Shown here piece after piece: positions 31,821 to 43,034 of a DNA stretch of 64,000 nucleotides (the stretch's first letter is position 1; the number at the start of each line of letters is the position of its first letter). Origin of the DNA: an uncultured Methanosarcinaceae archaeon (GTDB lineage: Archaea > Halobacteriota > Methanosarcinia > Methanosarcinales > Methanosarcinaceae); NCBI GenBank assembly GCA_963733675.1, contig CAVTET010000004.1, forward strand, positions 544,001-608,000. The letters run 5' to 3'. A model generated the notes under the pieces. The model did no database searches and was not told the origin of the DNA. It saw only the letters and a program-made list of their open reading frames with translations. The position numbers and the translations under genes are program-made.

Positions 31821-32181
31821 ATAAATGAATTATTTTAAGGATAGCGTAAGCTATCGTTGAAACCAAAGAATAATGAACGATAGGAGAAAAATAAGATCAA
31901 ATACAGAAATCAGCAGGAAAGCTTTGGATGGAATTCCTCAAAGAAAAAGAATCAGAGAAATAATCCTCTGTAATTACATGCTACATATATTAATTTATCA
32001 ATTAATTGTAGTTAATGGTGTATGCAATACTTGTTTGTTAAAATTACGTTATTCATTTTATTTGATGTCCAGTTTGCCACATAAATAATCATATTTTTAA
32101 GGCATCTATGTAGCCATCACCGAAAATTCAAAGATTTTTGATTGGTTTGTAGACAATGCTATTGGATATATTATAGGGCTT

Positions 32182-32445
32182 TCATGAATTCATGAACTCT
32201 TTTACGGCCTTCATTAATTTGTGGTGGTGATGCATCTTGTGGTGGTGGTGATGCATCTTGTGGTGGTGATGATGGTGGTGAGGCCACTTGTAGATTTTAG
32301 TCTTCACATCTTTCAATATTATAATGGCTGTTTTCTTTTCCTTAACCATAACTGGTCCATGTGCACTTACTGTTGCAGCAGTCACGGATATTAAAAAACA
32401 AACTGCTAGCAAAATACCGATTGTCTTTTTCATTTGTTTTAACAT
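32182..32445 (-). CDS. Small exported His-rich protein (signal peptide + poly-His repeats)
   Basis: MKK-hydrophobic-VSA signal peptide; H7-KM-H5-KM-H4; GAGGT RBS upstream. Confidence 0.8.
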   Translation of the reverse strand: MLKQMKKTIGILLAVCFLISVTAATVSAHGPVMVKEKKTAIIILKDVKTKIYKWPHHHHHHHKMHHHHHKMHHHHKLMKAVKEFMNS

Positions 32446-33089
32446 CTTTTTACCTCATTTTAGATTTGTATTAAAATCATGCTTTTCCAGTAAATTCTGA
32501 TGTGATGATTGAATTTATATATCCTTTTTTGCCAATTGTTTTATGCGCCTTTTAAAGGTCTTCACAATACCTAAAAGTGCTTCTTGCAATTGTAAGTGAT
32601 CATATTGATTGATTTGAATAAATACTTACTTTCAACAATTGAGCGAATTAAAGAAACAGTTACTTTAAAAAATAAATTTATCTGGGTTATTAATTTTAAA
32701 ATAAAGCTTTTATAACTCATTTAAGACTTATTTTGATTATTAGAAAGCTTTTTATTAAACGGAAGAAGATTTCAATAAACGTCCAATTTTCATAAGTCAT
32801 TTAATATACAACTACAAGATTTTTAAAATACCTACACAAGTGTTTCGGCAATTGAAAGTGATGAAAATAATGACCTTAAATAAGTAGTTCATTATAAAAG
32901 TAAAATAATTTAAATACAACTTAAATTTTTAAAAAAAAGAGTTGAGCATTTAATTTTACAACAAAGCTTTCATAAATTGATTAAGACTTTTTTAACTATT
33001 AACAGAGTACTTTTATTAAATTAAATATAATTTCAACTTATCGCTAATTTTTTTGAGTAAATTCTATCCAAATTTTCCTCGGCAATTTC

Positions 33090-34160
33090 TGTATTTGACT
33101 CGATTTTTTTCGGATCCATTATTCTCTGATTTTAAAGGCAGCTTCCGTATCCTCAAAATACTCTTTTTATTTTCAGTTTTATCAACTGATAGAGATTAAA
33201 ACACAAAGCTTTACACGACATGTTCAGATTCGCTCTTCGAACGGTAATGACAAGAACTTTTCCTACTTTGAATATCTTTTTAGTTACTGCATAAACTCAT
33301 TCCTCTTAAATTCTTTAGAGCTAATTCTCTAGTTTCTTAATATATAAATAAGCTCCAGAAGATACTCTTTTGCTGCTCTTTTAATTGTTGCATCAGAACC
33401 TTTTGATTTTGCTTCAAAGTATCCTCTGTCTCTGTATCTGTAAAACCACTTCATTTTTCTGATTAAACCTACTTAAGAATCATGAGTGAAGAGTCGTTTT
33501 TTGAATCTTCCGATCAGCTCATAATCCCTGTATATTAAATGCACTGAAGTTTATATCTAATTGTGATTTACCACCCTTTTTGTCCAAGTTCCATCTATCT
33601 TCTCCTTGTTTTTGCTTCATTTTCTCGAGGGTAATCAGCTTTCGCATTTCAAGGATCTAAATGAATAAAAGTATAGCTGTCTGAATTATTCCCTTTTTTG
33701 TTTTCAGACCAAGTCAATAAGCTTGCTTTGCAACTGCCCCCATGTTTCTTCTTCGTAGTAGTTATCAATAATTTTTTTACTGAATGCCCAACATATGGTA
33801 CTGTCTGGTATGCACTCAGGAAAATCAAAATATTTTCTGAAAGAAGTTCAATCAATATGTTGTTTCTCAAGTTCGAACTCAAAAAGACCATTTAATTGTT
33901 GTAAAAAAGTATTTAAAACATAATGATTACTTCAGCTTCAGGCTTGCTTCAGTAAACTGTTTTGTTAAAATACATGGACTCAAAAATTATACGAAAAGAT
34001 TCCCCAACAATTAAGGAATCAATTTCACCAAGTTTGTTTCCAACTAACTGAAAAAGTTCGTATTCTCCTTTAAGAGCAAAATCAGTAAAAGTTTTCACGA
34101 GAAAAAACTGATGTTAAGAGATTGAAATTCTCAAATAACCGAATGTGAATGAGTTTATCG
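33090..34160 (-). mobile_element. IS5-family element, decayed, near full length
   Basis: Colinear with 57050-58190; FTDFALKGEY N-terminal motif; TIR-like gagtttatcgaaatt; ends approximate. Confidence 0.75.
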
Positions 34161-34202
34161 AAATTATCTTTACTCATTCTCTATAGCAAACGCCATTAGG
34201 TT

Positions 34203-34526
34203 TTAATCTAATCTTTTATAAGGATACCTCATTTCTTTCCCACAATGCTTGCAGAAGATAACGATATATCCTTCATTCAGTCTGTAGCGAGCATTGTTCC
34301 CAGGCACAAGGAAAGCATAGCAGTGTTTACATATCCTGCTTTTGATCTCCCTTGGGATACTAATCCTATTCCTCATAGAAATATTTCTGATGATCTGCAC
34401 ATAGCGTTCACTACGGTCAGGATGTTCTGCGTACTCCATTTCCGCAAGCTCAAAAAGTCGCCACATACGCTGAGTTGCGACATCTTTAATCAGATTTTTC
34501 TGTTGTTTCCTGGACACTCTAGACAT
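34203..34526 (-). CDS. rnp4: Ribonuclease P protein component 4 (Rpp21)
   Basis: ICKHCYAFLVPG..CKHCG..RYPY zinc ribbon. Confidence 0.95.
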   Translation of the reverse strand: MSRVSRKQQKNLIKDVATQRMWRLFELAEMEYAEHPDRSERYVQIIRNISMRNRISIPREIKSRICKHCYAFLVPGNNARYRLNEGYIVIFCKHCGKEMRYPYKRLD

Positions 34527-34594
34527 AGGTAGATTGATCCTGCACTTAGTTCAGTATCACAATTAGATCCCTGGACTTCCCCAAAAACTAGAAC

Positions 34595-35260
34595 TCAAGA
34601 ATCAAGAATAATCACTTTAATATCAGGGTTCTTGCCTTGCACAAAAGTTTTAAACTTTTCGGGATTTCCATTTGTACCCTCTAATTTTCCGTAATGCATT
34701 GGAATTGCAACCTTTGGGGATATGACTGCGACTGCACTGGCAGCCTCTTCCTCGTCCATAGTATAAGTTCCCCCGATGGGTAAAAGAGACACATCTGCCC
34801 TGATGCTCTTCATCTCAGGGAAAAAATCGCAGTCTCCTACATGATAGATCCGAATTTTCCCAAGTTCCACTACATAACCTACTCCAAAACCTCGTGGATG
34901 GTAAGGTTTATTGAGATTATAAGAAGGAAGTACCTCAATCCGGACCCCTTTAATTTCAACCCCTTCAGCAAAGATATCTCCCTCCACAACTCGCCTTGTA
35001 TAACCCCTGAATTTTAGAGAACAGCTTTCAGGGATCAGGGTAGTTGAGTCAGAGCGTTGTACTTTTTGAATATCTTCAGGGCTGCAATGGTCAAAGTGCT
35101 CATGAGTGATAAGGAGGATATCTGCCTTGTTATCAAAAGAAGGTTCTTTATTGATCTGAAACGGATCAATATAAATTTTGATATCTTGCCATCCAAGAAA
35201 AAAACCAGCGTGTCCTAGCCATCGAATGCAAACGTTGTCAATTGTTATACTATTCATATC
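34595..35260 (-). CDS. Metallo-beta-lactamase fold hydrolase
   Basis: WLGHAGF, THEHFDH, LPIGG, IPMHYG; start likely ATG 35260 (track start 35281). Confidence 0.92.
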   Translation of the reverse strand, partial: DMNSITIDNVCIRWLGHAGFFLGWQDIKIYIDPFQINKEPSFDNKADILLITHEHFDHCSPEDIQKVQRSDSTTLIPESCSLKFRGYTRRVVEGDIFAEGVEIKGVRIEVLPSYNLNKPYHPRGFGVGYVVELGKIRIYHVGDCDFFPEMKSIRADVSLLPIGGTYTMDEEEAASAVAVISPKVAIPMHYGKLEGTNGNPEKFKTFVQGKNPDIKVIILDS

Positions 35261-35862
35261 ATACACCTTTTTGATCTTCAAACTTATTTATGGAAAGGCC
35301 ATCTAACAGAATTGGTTAGAGATCGTATTGTTTAGGGATCGTATTAATAGTATCCTACACTTCGATTCTTTTATTAAAAGAAAAGAAGAACTCTTAAGAA
35401 CTCCCAGAAAACATGTAATTTTAAAGTTCGAAAATATAACCCTAACTTTCAAATAAATATAGAAGTTTTTGGCGTACAAAACAACCAGTTACATTTTTTA
35501 TCAATTGATATTTCGATAAAAGTCCCTATTAGATTTACTTTGAAGACAATTGGCCAAAAATTAGGGTTTATTGAAATCTTCATTATTTTACTCAAGCTGC
35601 TTACTTAGATTGAATAGTTATTCTCATTAAATTTCCAATGAGATTGAATCGGAAAATAAATTCCTAAATTTAGTATTAATTTAACAACATAAAGGAGTAA
35701 AATAGTTAGGATTTTACACATTGAGGATAAAAATAAAGCATTTGTAAACTCATAATCTGATATTATGACCTAGATTATTTGAGGCTTAATGCTGTTTTTT
35801 AACCGCTTAATTATGTAAATACTAAAATTGTGGGAATCCTTAATAATAAAAAAGGAAAGTGA

Positions 35863-36027
35863 ATGTTGAAACAACCTGTCAGTAGAATAAAAAGTACTAC
35901 TATTTTGCTGGCAGTTCTAGTTGTAATAACATTGACAGCAATGGCATCAAGCACTCGACCACATCATCACCACTACATCACCATCACAACCATTGATGGA
36001 ATCAACATTGGTATGATCATATGGTAG
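35863..36027 (+). pseudogene. Second signal-peptide His-rich microprotein, apparently frameshifted
   Basis: MLKQ..ILLAVLVVITLTAMASSTRPHHHH; the His run continues in a shifted frame (HHHHNH*WNQHWYDH). Confidence 0.55.
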
Positions 36028-36962
36028 CTTTTTGATGTGAAACCTTTACTACCAACAATGAGTATAGGGCTGTTGATGATAACGATAGCAAAAAATATAA
36101 AAATTAAAAAATGTAACTAAAATTAAGAGAAGTCTTGTGGATATTTCATTAAACTAAGAGTAAAACCTTTAACTTCATTAACTTTGCATTGTCAAATTAA
36201 CTCCTTATTGTAGTTTTTGCAATTCATTTCCACTCATATTTATTCCATTTTGAAAATATGTACCCTATGATTTTTTTCCACTTCTACCTTTTTCTTAATC
36301 AATATTTTCTATTATTGTAACCGTCCGAAATTTTACCTGTTGAAATTGCATGCTTACCAATAAACAGAGCAGCAATGAAGTTTTTCCAACATAAAATTAT
36401 GATGAATATCTCAATCTACTCACTCTTGCTCCCATTCTCAGCCCATTATCTTGATTTAAGATTTTTAAAATTTTCATAGTATCGAATATTTCTCTTTGGG
36501 TTCACTCTTAAACTAGATACCTATGTTCAACTAACAAAAAAACAATGAATACCTGATATTTGCCAATATATTTGTAAACTCAATCATTCAATATCATATA
36601 AGAATACACTTGTTATGCCCTATTAGTAGCAAAATAACTGCACAAAAACGTGGTTTGAAGATAAAAATTGCTTAAATATTTCCCATAGCTTATAATATTA
36701 ATTACTAAGATCCTACAAAAATATGATTTTCGAAAAGTCATAGATTTGATGGTCCATCAGTAATAAGTTGACATTTCCAAAAGTATTCACATATTCTGTT
36801 TCTGCTTTTATTTTCTGCCTTATTTACTCTTAATTTCCTGTGCACAATTAGGCTTAGAAAGCAGGTGAAAATGGAGAAGCATATTCAAAGATTAAATATT
36901 GACCAACTAATAGGGCTATACCGAATATTTTCATAAACAAAATTGCGTAAAAAAAAGTTAAT

Positions 36963-37037
36963 TGCTCCGATGGGGATTTGAACCCCAGTCTCAGGAGTGA
37001 GAGTCCTGAATGATTGGCCGAGCTACACTATCGGAGC
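36963..37037 (-). tRNA. tRNA-Glu (CTC)
   Basis: GCTCCGA/TCGGAGC acceptor, CAGGA-CTCTCAC-TCCTG anticodon arm. Confidence 0.97.
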
Positions 37038-37215
37038 ATATAATTAATATGCTTTACCTCTTATGCAGCATATTCCAAGTAATTAAGAAAATATAAACTT
37101 TTCGTCTAAGGTCTGAAAAATATATAAACTGCCGGTAAGCATTTTATCCTCTTCCAGCTCTACGGAATAAATCTTCCCTTAAACTTGAAGAATATCCCGC
37201 AGCTTCAAAAACCAG

Positions 37216-38457
37216 TTATACGAACATGGCATGAGGAATTGAAGGTTCCGGAACGTTTACGACCTTTTCATAGGCTTTCATGAAATCTGCCATTGTGATC
37301 TGTTTACCGCGTCTGCGCAGCACAAAGATTCCAGCTTCTTTAGTAATGACACTAATCTCTGCCCCGCTCATACCATTCATTACCTTTGCGAGTTTCTCAA
37401 AATCCACATCATTGGCAAGGTTCATCTTGCGAGTATGGATCTTAAGAATCTCAACCCTGCCCTTTTCATCAGGAAGCGGAATTTCAATAGAACGATCAAA
37501 TCTGCCAGGTCTCAGGAGAGCAGGATCGAGCAGATCAACTCTGTTGGTCGCAGCAACCACTTTTACGTTGCCTTTGGGATCGAAGCCATCCATCTCCGCA
37601 AGGAGCTGAAGCATTGTTCTATTAACCTCTGCAGAGCCGCTTGTTCCATCATAGGTCCTCATGCTACCAACAGCGTCGATTTCATCTATAAAAAGAATGC
37701 TGGGAGACTTATCTCTTGCAAGCTGGAAAATATCCTTGACTAGCCTAGACCCTTCGCCTACGAACTTCTGGACCAGATCAGAACCCGACATTCGGATGAA
37801 AGTTGCTTTTGCCTGAGAGGCTATAGCCTTTGCAATAAGGGTTTTTCCCGTACCAGGAGCACCGTGGAGCAGGACACCAGAAGGAGGTTCGATTCCCAGT
37901 TCTTCGAAAAGTTCGGGTTCTGTAAGAGGTAATTCAACGCTTTCACGAACTTCTTGAAGTACCTCATCGAGCCCGCCAATCATGCTATAATCCACACCAG
38001 GAGAGTTAATGAGTTCCATAACCTGAGCTCGGACGTCAGCAGCCCTGCTAACTATGGAGATAATTGAGTAAGCTCCATTTACTGCAACTCTCATTCCAGG
38101 TTCTATCTTCCCAAGGCACTCCTCTGGAATCTGAGTAAGTACCTCCTGGTTGTTCCCATGCTGCCTGATAAGAGAAATTTCACCATTTACCTCGAGAATA
38201 GTCGCAATAAAAAGAGGGGGCTCAGTAAGCTGCTCAAGATGAGCTTTTAACTTATTGATTTCCTGAAGGTGTCTACCAGTAGCCACACTCGCTTCAAGGA
38301 GCCGGGCCTTCATATTTTCATTCTGGATTCTCATGACTTCTATTTCAGTTAAAAGAGATTTCACATCTTCAGCAATGATCTCCCCGCATTCAAGCTGGAA
38401 TTCTACCCTGGTTTTAATATCTTCAATTGAAGACCCTATTGAACTATCTTCGGACAT
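37216..38457 (-). CDS. pan: Proteasome-activating nucleotidase
   Basis: Coiled coil + OB domain, GAPGTGKT, FIDEID, RPGRFDR, C-terminal MFV. Confidence 0.96.
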   Translation of the reverse strand: MSEDSSIGSSIEDIKTRVEFQLECGEIIAEDVKSLLTEIEVMRIQNENMKARLLEASVATGRHLQEINKLKAHLEQLTEPPLFIATILEVNGEISLIRQHGNNQEVLTQIPEECLGKIEPGMRVAVNGAYSIISIVSRAADVRAQVMELINSPGVDYSMIGGLDEVLQEVRESVELPLTEPELFEELGIEPPSGVLLHGAPGTGKTLIAKAIASQAKATFIRMSGSDLVQKFVGEGSRLVKDIFQLARDKSPSILFIDEIDAVGSMRTYDGTSGSAEVNRTMLQLLAEMDGFDPKGNVKVVAATNRVDLLDPALLRPGRFDRSIEIPLPDEKGRVEILKIHTRKMNLANDVDFEKLAKVMNGMSGAEISVITKEAGIFVLRRRGKQITMADFMKAYEKVVNVPEPSIPHAMFV

Positions 38458-39032
38458 TTGAAAACACCTGTATAATCATATAATATCTATTTTAATACCA
38501 TTGTTTGAGGGTAAATTTACTTTGAAATTATTTATTTGCAGAGTAGCTAATTTGAAGGTTGAAGGCTTTCAGTTTATTGAGATTTAGGCCTATAGTTAGC
38601 GAATTAATCGAACTTTAGACAATGGTTTGAGAATCTGGCTCCCGATCCTTTAGCAAATCTCAGGGATTAATTTTATACTTTAGGGACTTTTACAAAAGAA
38701 GTAAAAGACTAAAATGAAAAAATCAAGAAAAGAACATCTTTTCCGTAAAATCTCCCTGTAGGACAACTCACAATTTTGATAAACCTACGATTTCAACAAA
38801 TTGCCCATATACATTTTAAGCAATCAACCATAAATTGAGTTTATCAAAGTCCTCTTAACAATATAGAGTAAGATGCAAGAAAGTAGAATATATATAAATT
38901 ATATATATAAGTTCCTGCAACACGTGCAATCCATTTCTGATATTTATTAAATGCTTTTTGATATTCGCTTGGTATATATCCCTTTTGTTTATTCTTTTCA
39001 TACCTTAAATTTCATTTTTCGGGATCATCTTA

Positions 39033-39121
39033 GAATATTTCGAAAAACCTTTGATTTTTACGAGTCGTGTATATACCATTTATAAGCTTAAGACGAAATA
39101 TAGGGGTTTATCGAAATACTC
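39033..39121. mobile_element. MITE family C, degenerate
   Basis: gaatatttcgaaaaac...tttatcgaaatactc; interior similar to the other copies in reverse orientation. Confidence 0.65.
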
Positions 39122-39557
39122 CATAATTATCAAATTTTCAGATCTTGATAGATTCACCTAGAAATCAGACAGTAAAACAAGAAAGCAAAAAAATGCTGAA
39201 TTTAACATGACTCAGATCTGGAATGGTAAAGGATATAAACTTTGCCCAGACTAGAACTGAGAGTAGAAAGTAAAATTAGTTCCGATAGAGGCAATCCAAT
39301 AAAAAGATTGAAAAATCATCATCCGACATTTTATATAATTCTGGATATATCATTCATTACATAATAAAACATAATCTCCTTAGATCTGTAACGCGTAGAT
39401 ATTTAAAAGCCCATAAGTATAAGATTCTCGTTCTACAGGTCTGATATTGACTGTAATTTTCTTAAAATCTATTCTTCGAAACGCTGTCTATATACAATAA
39501 AAATCGCAACATTCGAAAGTTTTAAGATTATATTCTCCAATTTAGGAGCAAGAATTA

Positions 39558-40562
39558 ATGGAGGACTATAAAATTAAAGAAGAGATCTGGATCGAAAAAT
39601 ACAGGCCTTTTAGACTTGATCAGGTGGCAGGCCAGGAGGAAATCATAGAGCGCCTGAAGTCCTATGTTGCAACGAAAAAACTTCCTCATCTTCTCTTTTC
39701 CGGACCACCGGGTGTCGGGAAAACTGCTTCTGCGGTTTCGATTGCCAGGGAAATTTACGGGGAAAATAGCTGGCGGGAAAATTTTAACGAACTAAATGCA
39801 TCCGATGAGAGAGGGATTGATATTGTTCGAACAAAAATTAAAAACTTTGCAAAAACTGCTCCAATAGGAGGAGCTGAATTTAAAATTATTTTCCTGGACG
39901 AAGCCGATGCACTGACCTCAGATGCCCAGTCTGCACTTCGGAGAACTATGGAGCGTTTCAGCAGCAACTGTCGTTTCATCCTCTCCTGCAACTATTCTTC
40001 AAAGATTATTGAACCTATTCAATCCCGCTGTGCAGTCTATAGATTTAGGCGCCTTTCAGATGAGGCTATAAAAAAACGCCTTGAATATATCGCTAAAGAT
40101 CAACATTTGGCCATCACTGAAGATGGATATGAAGCTCTTATTTATGTAGCCCAAGGAGATATGCGAAAGGGCGTAAATTCTCTTCAGGCTTCAGCTTGTA
40201 TAGATCCGGAAAAACCTATATCCAGTAGGACAATTTATAGAACCACTGCAACCGCAAACCCTGAAGAAATCAAATCTCTGACAGAAACTGCGCTGAGGGG
40301 AAATTTTAGGGATGCCAGAAAAGAACTTAATAAATTGCTCTATGAAGAAGGACTCTCTGGTGGAGATATAGTCGGACAGATTTACAGGGCTATATCCGAA
40401 ATGGACAAGCGTATGGTTCTGGATCTCGGGCTTTCTGAAAGGCATATTGTCGAACTCATAGATATTATCGGTGAGATCGACTTCAGGCTCACAGAGGGTG
40501 CTAGTGAAAAAATCCAACTCGAGGCTTTACTCGCACATTTTGCACTTTCGAACGCAGATTGA
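39558..40562 (+). CDS. rfcS: Replication factor C small subunit
   Basis: WIEKYRP, GPPGVGKT, ELNASDERG, DEAD, SRC. Confidence 0.97.
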   Translation: MEDYKIKEEIWIEKYRPFRLDQVAGQEEIIERLKSYVATKKLPHLLFSGPPGVGKTASAVSIAREIYGENSWRENFNELNASDERGIDIVRTKIKNFAKTAPIGGAEFKIIFLDEADALTSDAQSALRRTMERFSSNCRFILSCNYSSKIIEPIQSRCAVYRFRRLSDEAIKKRLEYIAKDQHLAITEDGYEALIYVAQGDMRKGVNSLQASACIDPEKPISSRTIYRTTATANPEEIKSLTETALRGNFRDARKELNKLLYEEGLSGGDIVGQIYRAISEMDKRMVLDLGLSERHIVELIDIIGEIDFRLTEGASEKIQLEALLAHFALSNAD

Positions 40563-40858
40563 GGTACTTTCTCAGTATCATGCCTAATTTATCTGATTTT
40601 CTGGAATTAATTGCCTATAAAGCTCTTCGAAATCTTCATATATCGCGAAAATATCAAACGATATCATTGATAGAACAATATAGATATTTTTTATCATTGA
40701 TATCAAGTTCCTGCTTCCAGCATCTTGAATTTACCTTATTTGTCTGGAAATTTTCTGGAAGTGGTATAAAAGAAAATGAAGGTGTCTTCCTAACTTACGC
40801 TCTTAATACTTTTTTTCCATAACTGCGATATTCAATCAATTATTTTAATACTTGTATT

Positions 40859-41620
40859 AACTGAAGATATTTCAGTCTCAACAATAGTTCTCTTCTGAAT
40901 ATCCCTCTTTTGAAACCCAATTTCATCTTCTTCCATCTTATCATTTGTGATCAGATTCCATATTATTGTGGAAATTTTTTTATTAGAGCAATGATTGCCT
41001 TTGAATGTCCAATTGATTTCTTCTTCCGTTTAAAAAATATTTTAACTTAATCTTTTTCTTTCTTGCTGCTGTCAGAGCAATCTATGTTAGAATTAACATA
41101 AGCATCTTGACTCTTTTTTGTGACTCTCTAGTTGTAGAAATTATCTGCAGATTGGTATGCATTATAACTATTCCAAGCCATGAAGCAAACTTATCTGCGA
41201 AATAAAAATCCTTGGAATCGCCTATTCCAGTAATTAGAGTTGTTGTACCATTTTTCTTAATAACCATAAACTGCATTAAAGTTTCCATTTCACTTTTATG
41301 CTTTCCATAAGCATAGTCTGAAATTTATCTCTTTAAAGCTTTGGTTTCATCGTCACGATGTTTTATAAGATTCAGATATTTATGAAACCTAACTATATTG
41401 CTGAGAGAGATATTTATATCCAGAATCTCCTTTATCCGAACAGTTTTTCTACGAACATTTGGTAAAAGGTTTTCTATGATCTGATCAATTACCTGAAGAT
41501 ATTCCTGATAGAGTTTTTCTGCCATTCTCGCCAAAAACATGTGTTGCACATCATTTAAATTAAATGTTTAAAGTATAAAAATAGAGTGAGCTTTTTTGAA
41601 TCTGTCGTTTTTGTACAAAT
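40859..41620 (-). pseudogene. IS110-family transposase remnant, copy 1
   Basis: IGDSKDF..DKFASWLG and GHSKAIIAL..IIWNLITND motifs; frameshifts; near-identical to 48538-49250. Confidence 0.8.
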
Positions 41621-41937
41621 TTATGATGAAGCCAAACATAAAATCGAAACTTGATTTTTAGGGGAAACTCTTGATGGATGAATGATGTTATAGATGCAAA
41701 TTTTGCAATGAATTATGAATCTACATCTTCTTTTTATGGTTAAGAGCTTTCATATCTCGAGCATTTCCAACTATAACAGATATGATACTTTATCAATGAA
41801 GCATAAATAGAGCTCAATAGTTACTTGTTGATTCCATGCAGCAACATCTAGTTTTTTGATATTACCCAAGCTTTTAAAGCTAAAATTCCATCATCATCTT
41901 AGCGAAAAGTTGCAGCTTTTTTACCGGATATACTGAG

Positions 41938-42027
41938 GAGGATTTCGATAAACCCTAAAATTTTGTCATATACTTATAAATGATATATAATATGATTCAT
42001 GAAAATCAGAGATTTATCGAAATCCTC
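41938..42027. mobile_element. MITE family C (90 bp), TGAG target duplication
   Basis: Perfect GAGGATTTCGATAAA TIRs, tgag on both flanks. Confidence 0.85.
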
Positions 42028-42869
42028 TGAGGATATTAGTGATGAAAAAAATGTTTGTTAATATCTATACTACAAGATTTATTTACTATTTCTGCCAATT
42101 TAACCAACCAATTCGTTGGGCAGTAGAATTGTCTAAAAATCCAATTTAACATCCATGATCAAGATCACATTTGAGTTTTCAATGGCAATAAACTAATTAG
42201 TTTTGGAACGATTTTTTTAAAAACCAAATATAGGACAACCTTCCTACCAAGGTAATGATGAAATTAATAGTCAAAAAATATAGGTGAAAAGTACTTTTAT
42301 TTGTTTATGCTTGTTATTCAAGAAATTTCATGTTCATTTTGGAACTGAGTTTCATTATATCTTATGCTATAATGGTTTAAACACTGTGATTTTTCTTCCA
42401 ATATGCCTAAAAAATTTTGTAATTAATAGAATGATATTTTATTGTACCAAATTATAAACATTTAAATTTTTTTCGTTCATTGATATATTTTTAGGATTTT
42501 TTGGATTATAAATATCTGATTTAAAAAATATTAAATGAAAATATAAGACTGCAGTCGAAAGATTATTAACTGAAATTTGGAACCAGTATGTTAACCTTTA
42601 GGTACTTTTATTTATTTGTATCTGTTATTCGAAGAATCCCACTTTCGTTTTTGGATTCAGTCTTCAAACTAAAATTATTTTCAGGTCCTGAGGTCTATTT
42701 GTTTAAAAATATAACTTTGATTTCTATTGAAGTTTGGTGCAGAAATAAGTTCCTTATGAAAAAATAGATAATGAAGAAAAACAATTATAAATAGGGATTT
42801 GGGTTTTAAGCCTTAAAAATAGTTAAGAATTTACAAGCTCAAAAAGATAATTAATGGGGGATTAGTACA

Positions 42870-43034
42870 TTGAAAAAAAAAGTTCATATTTTATTGTTAG
42901 TTGGAGCTTTATTGCTGATAATGGGTGAGCTCCTGAATATTACAAAAGATCCACTTCTATGGAGCACAGGGACTGTTACTGCATTATTCATGATTTTGCT
43001 TTTCAGGATAGATCCCTTAAGTCCAAACGAGTAA
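42870..43034 (+). CDS. 54-aa two-helix membrane microprotein (MKKKVHILLLVGALLLIMGELLNITKDPLLWSTGTVTALFMILLFRIDPLSPNE)
   Basis: TTG start with GGGGGA upstream; basic N-terminus and two hydrophobic stretches; below the ORF-track cutoff. Confidence 0.5.
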   Translation: MKKKVHILLLVGALLLIMGELLNITKDPLLWSTGTVTALFMILLFRIDPLSPNE

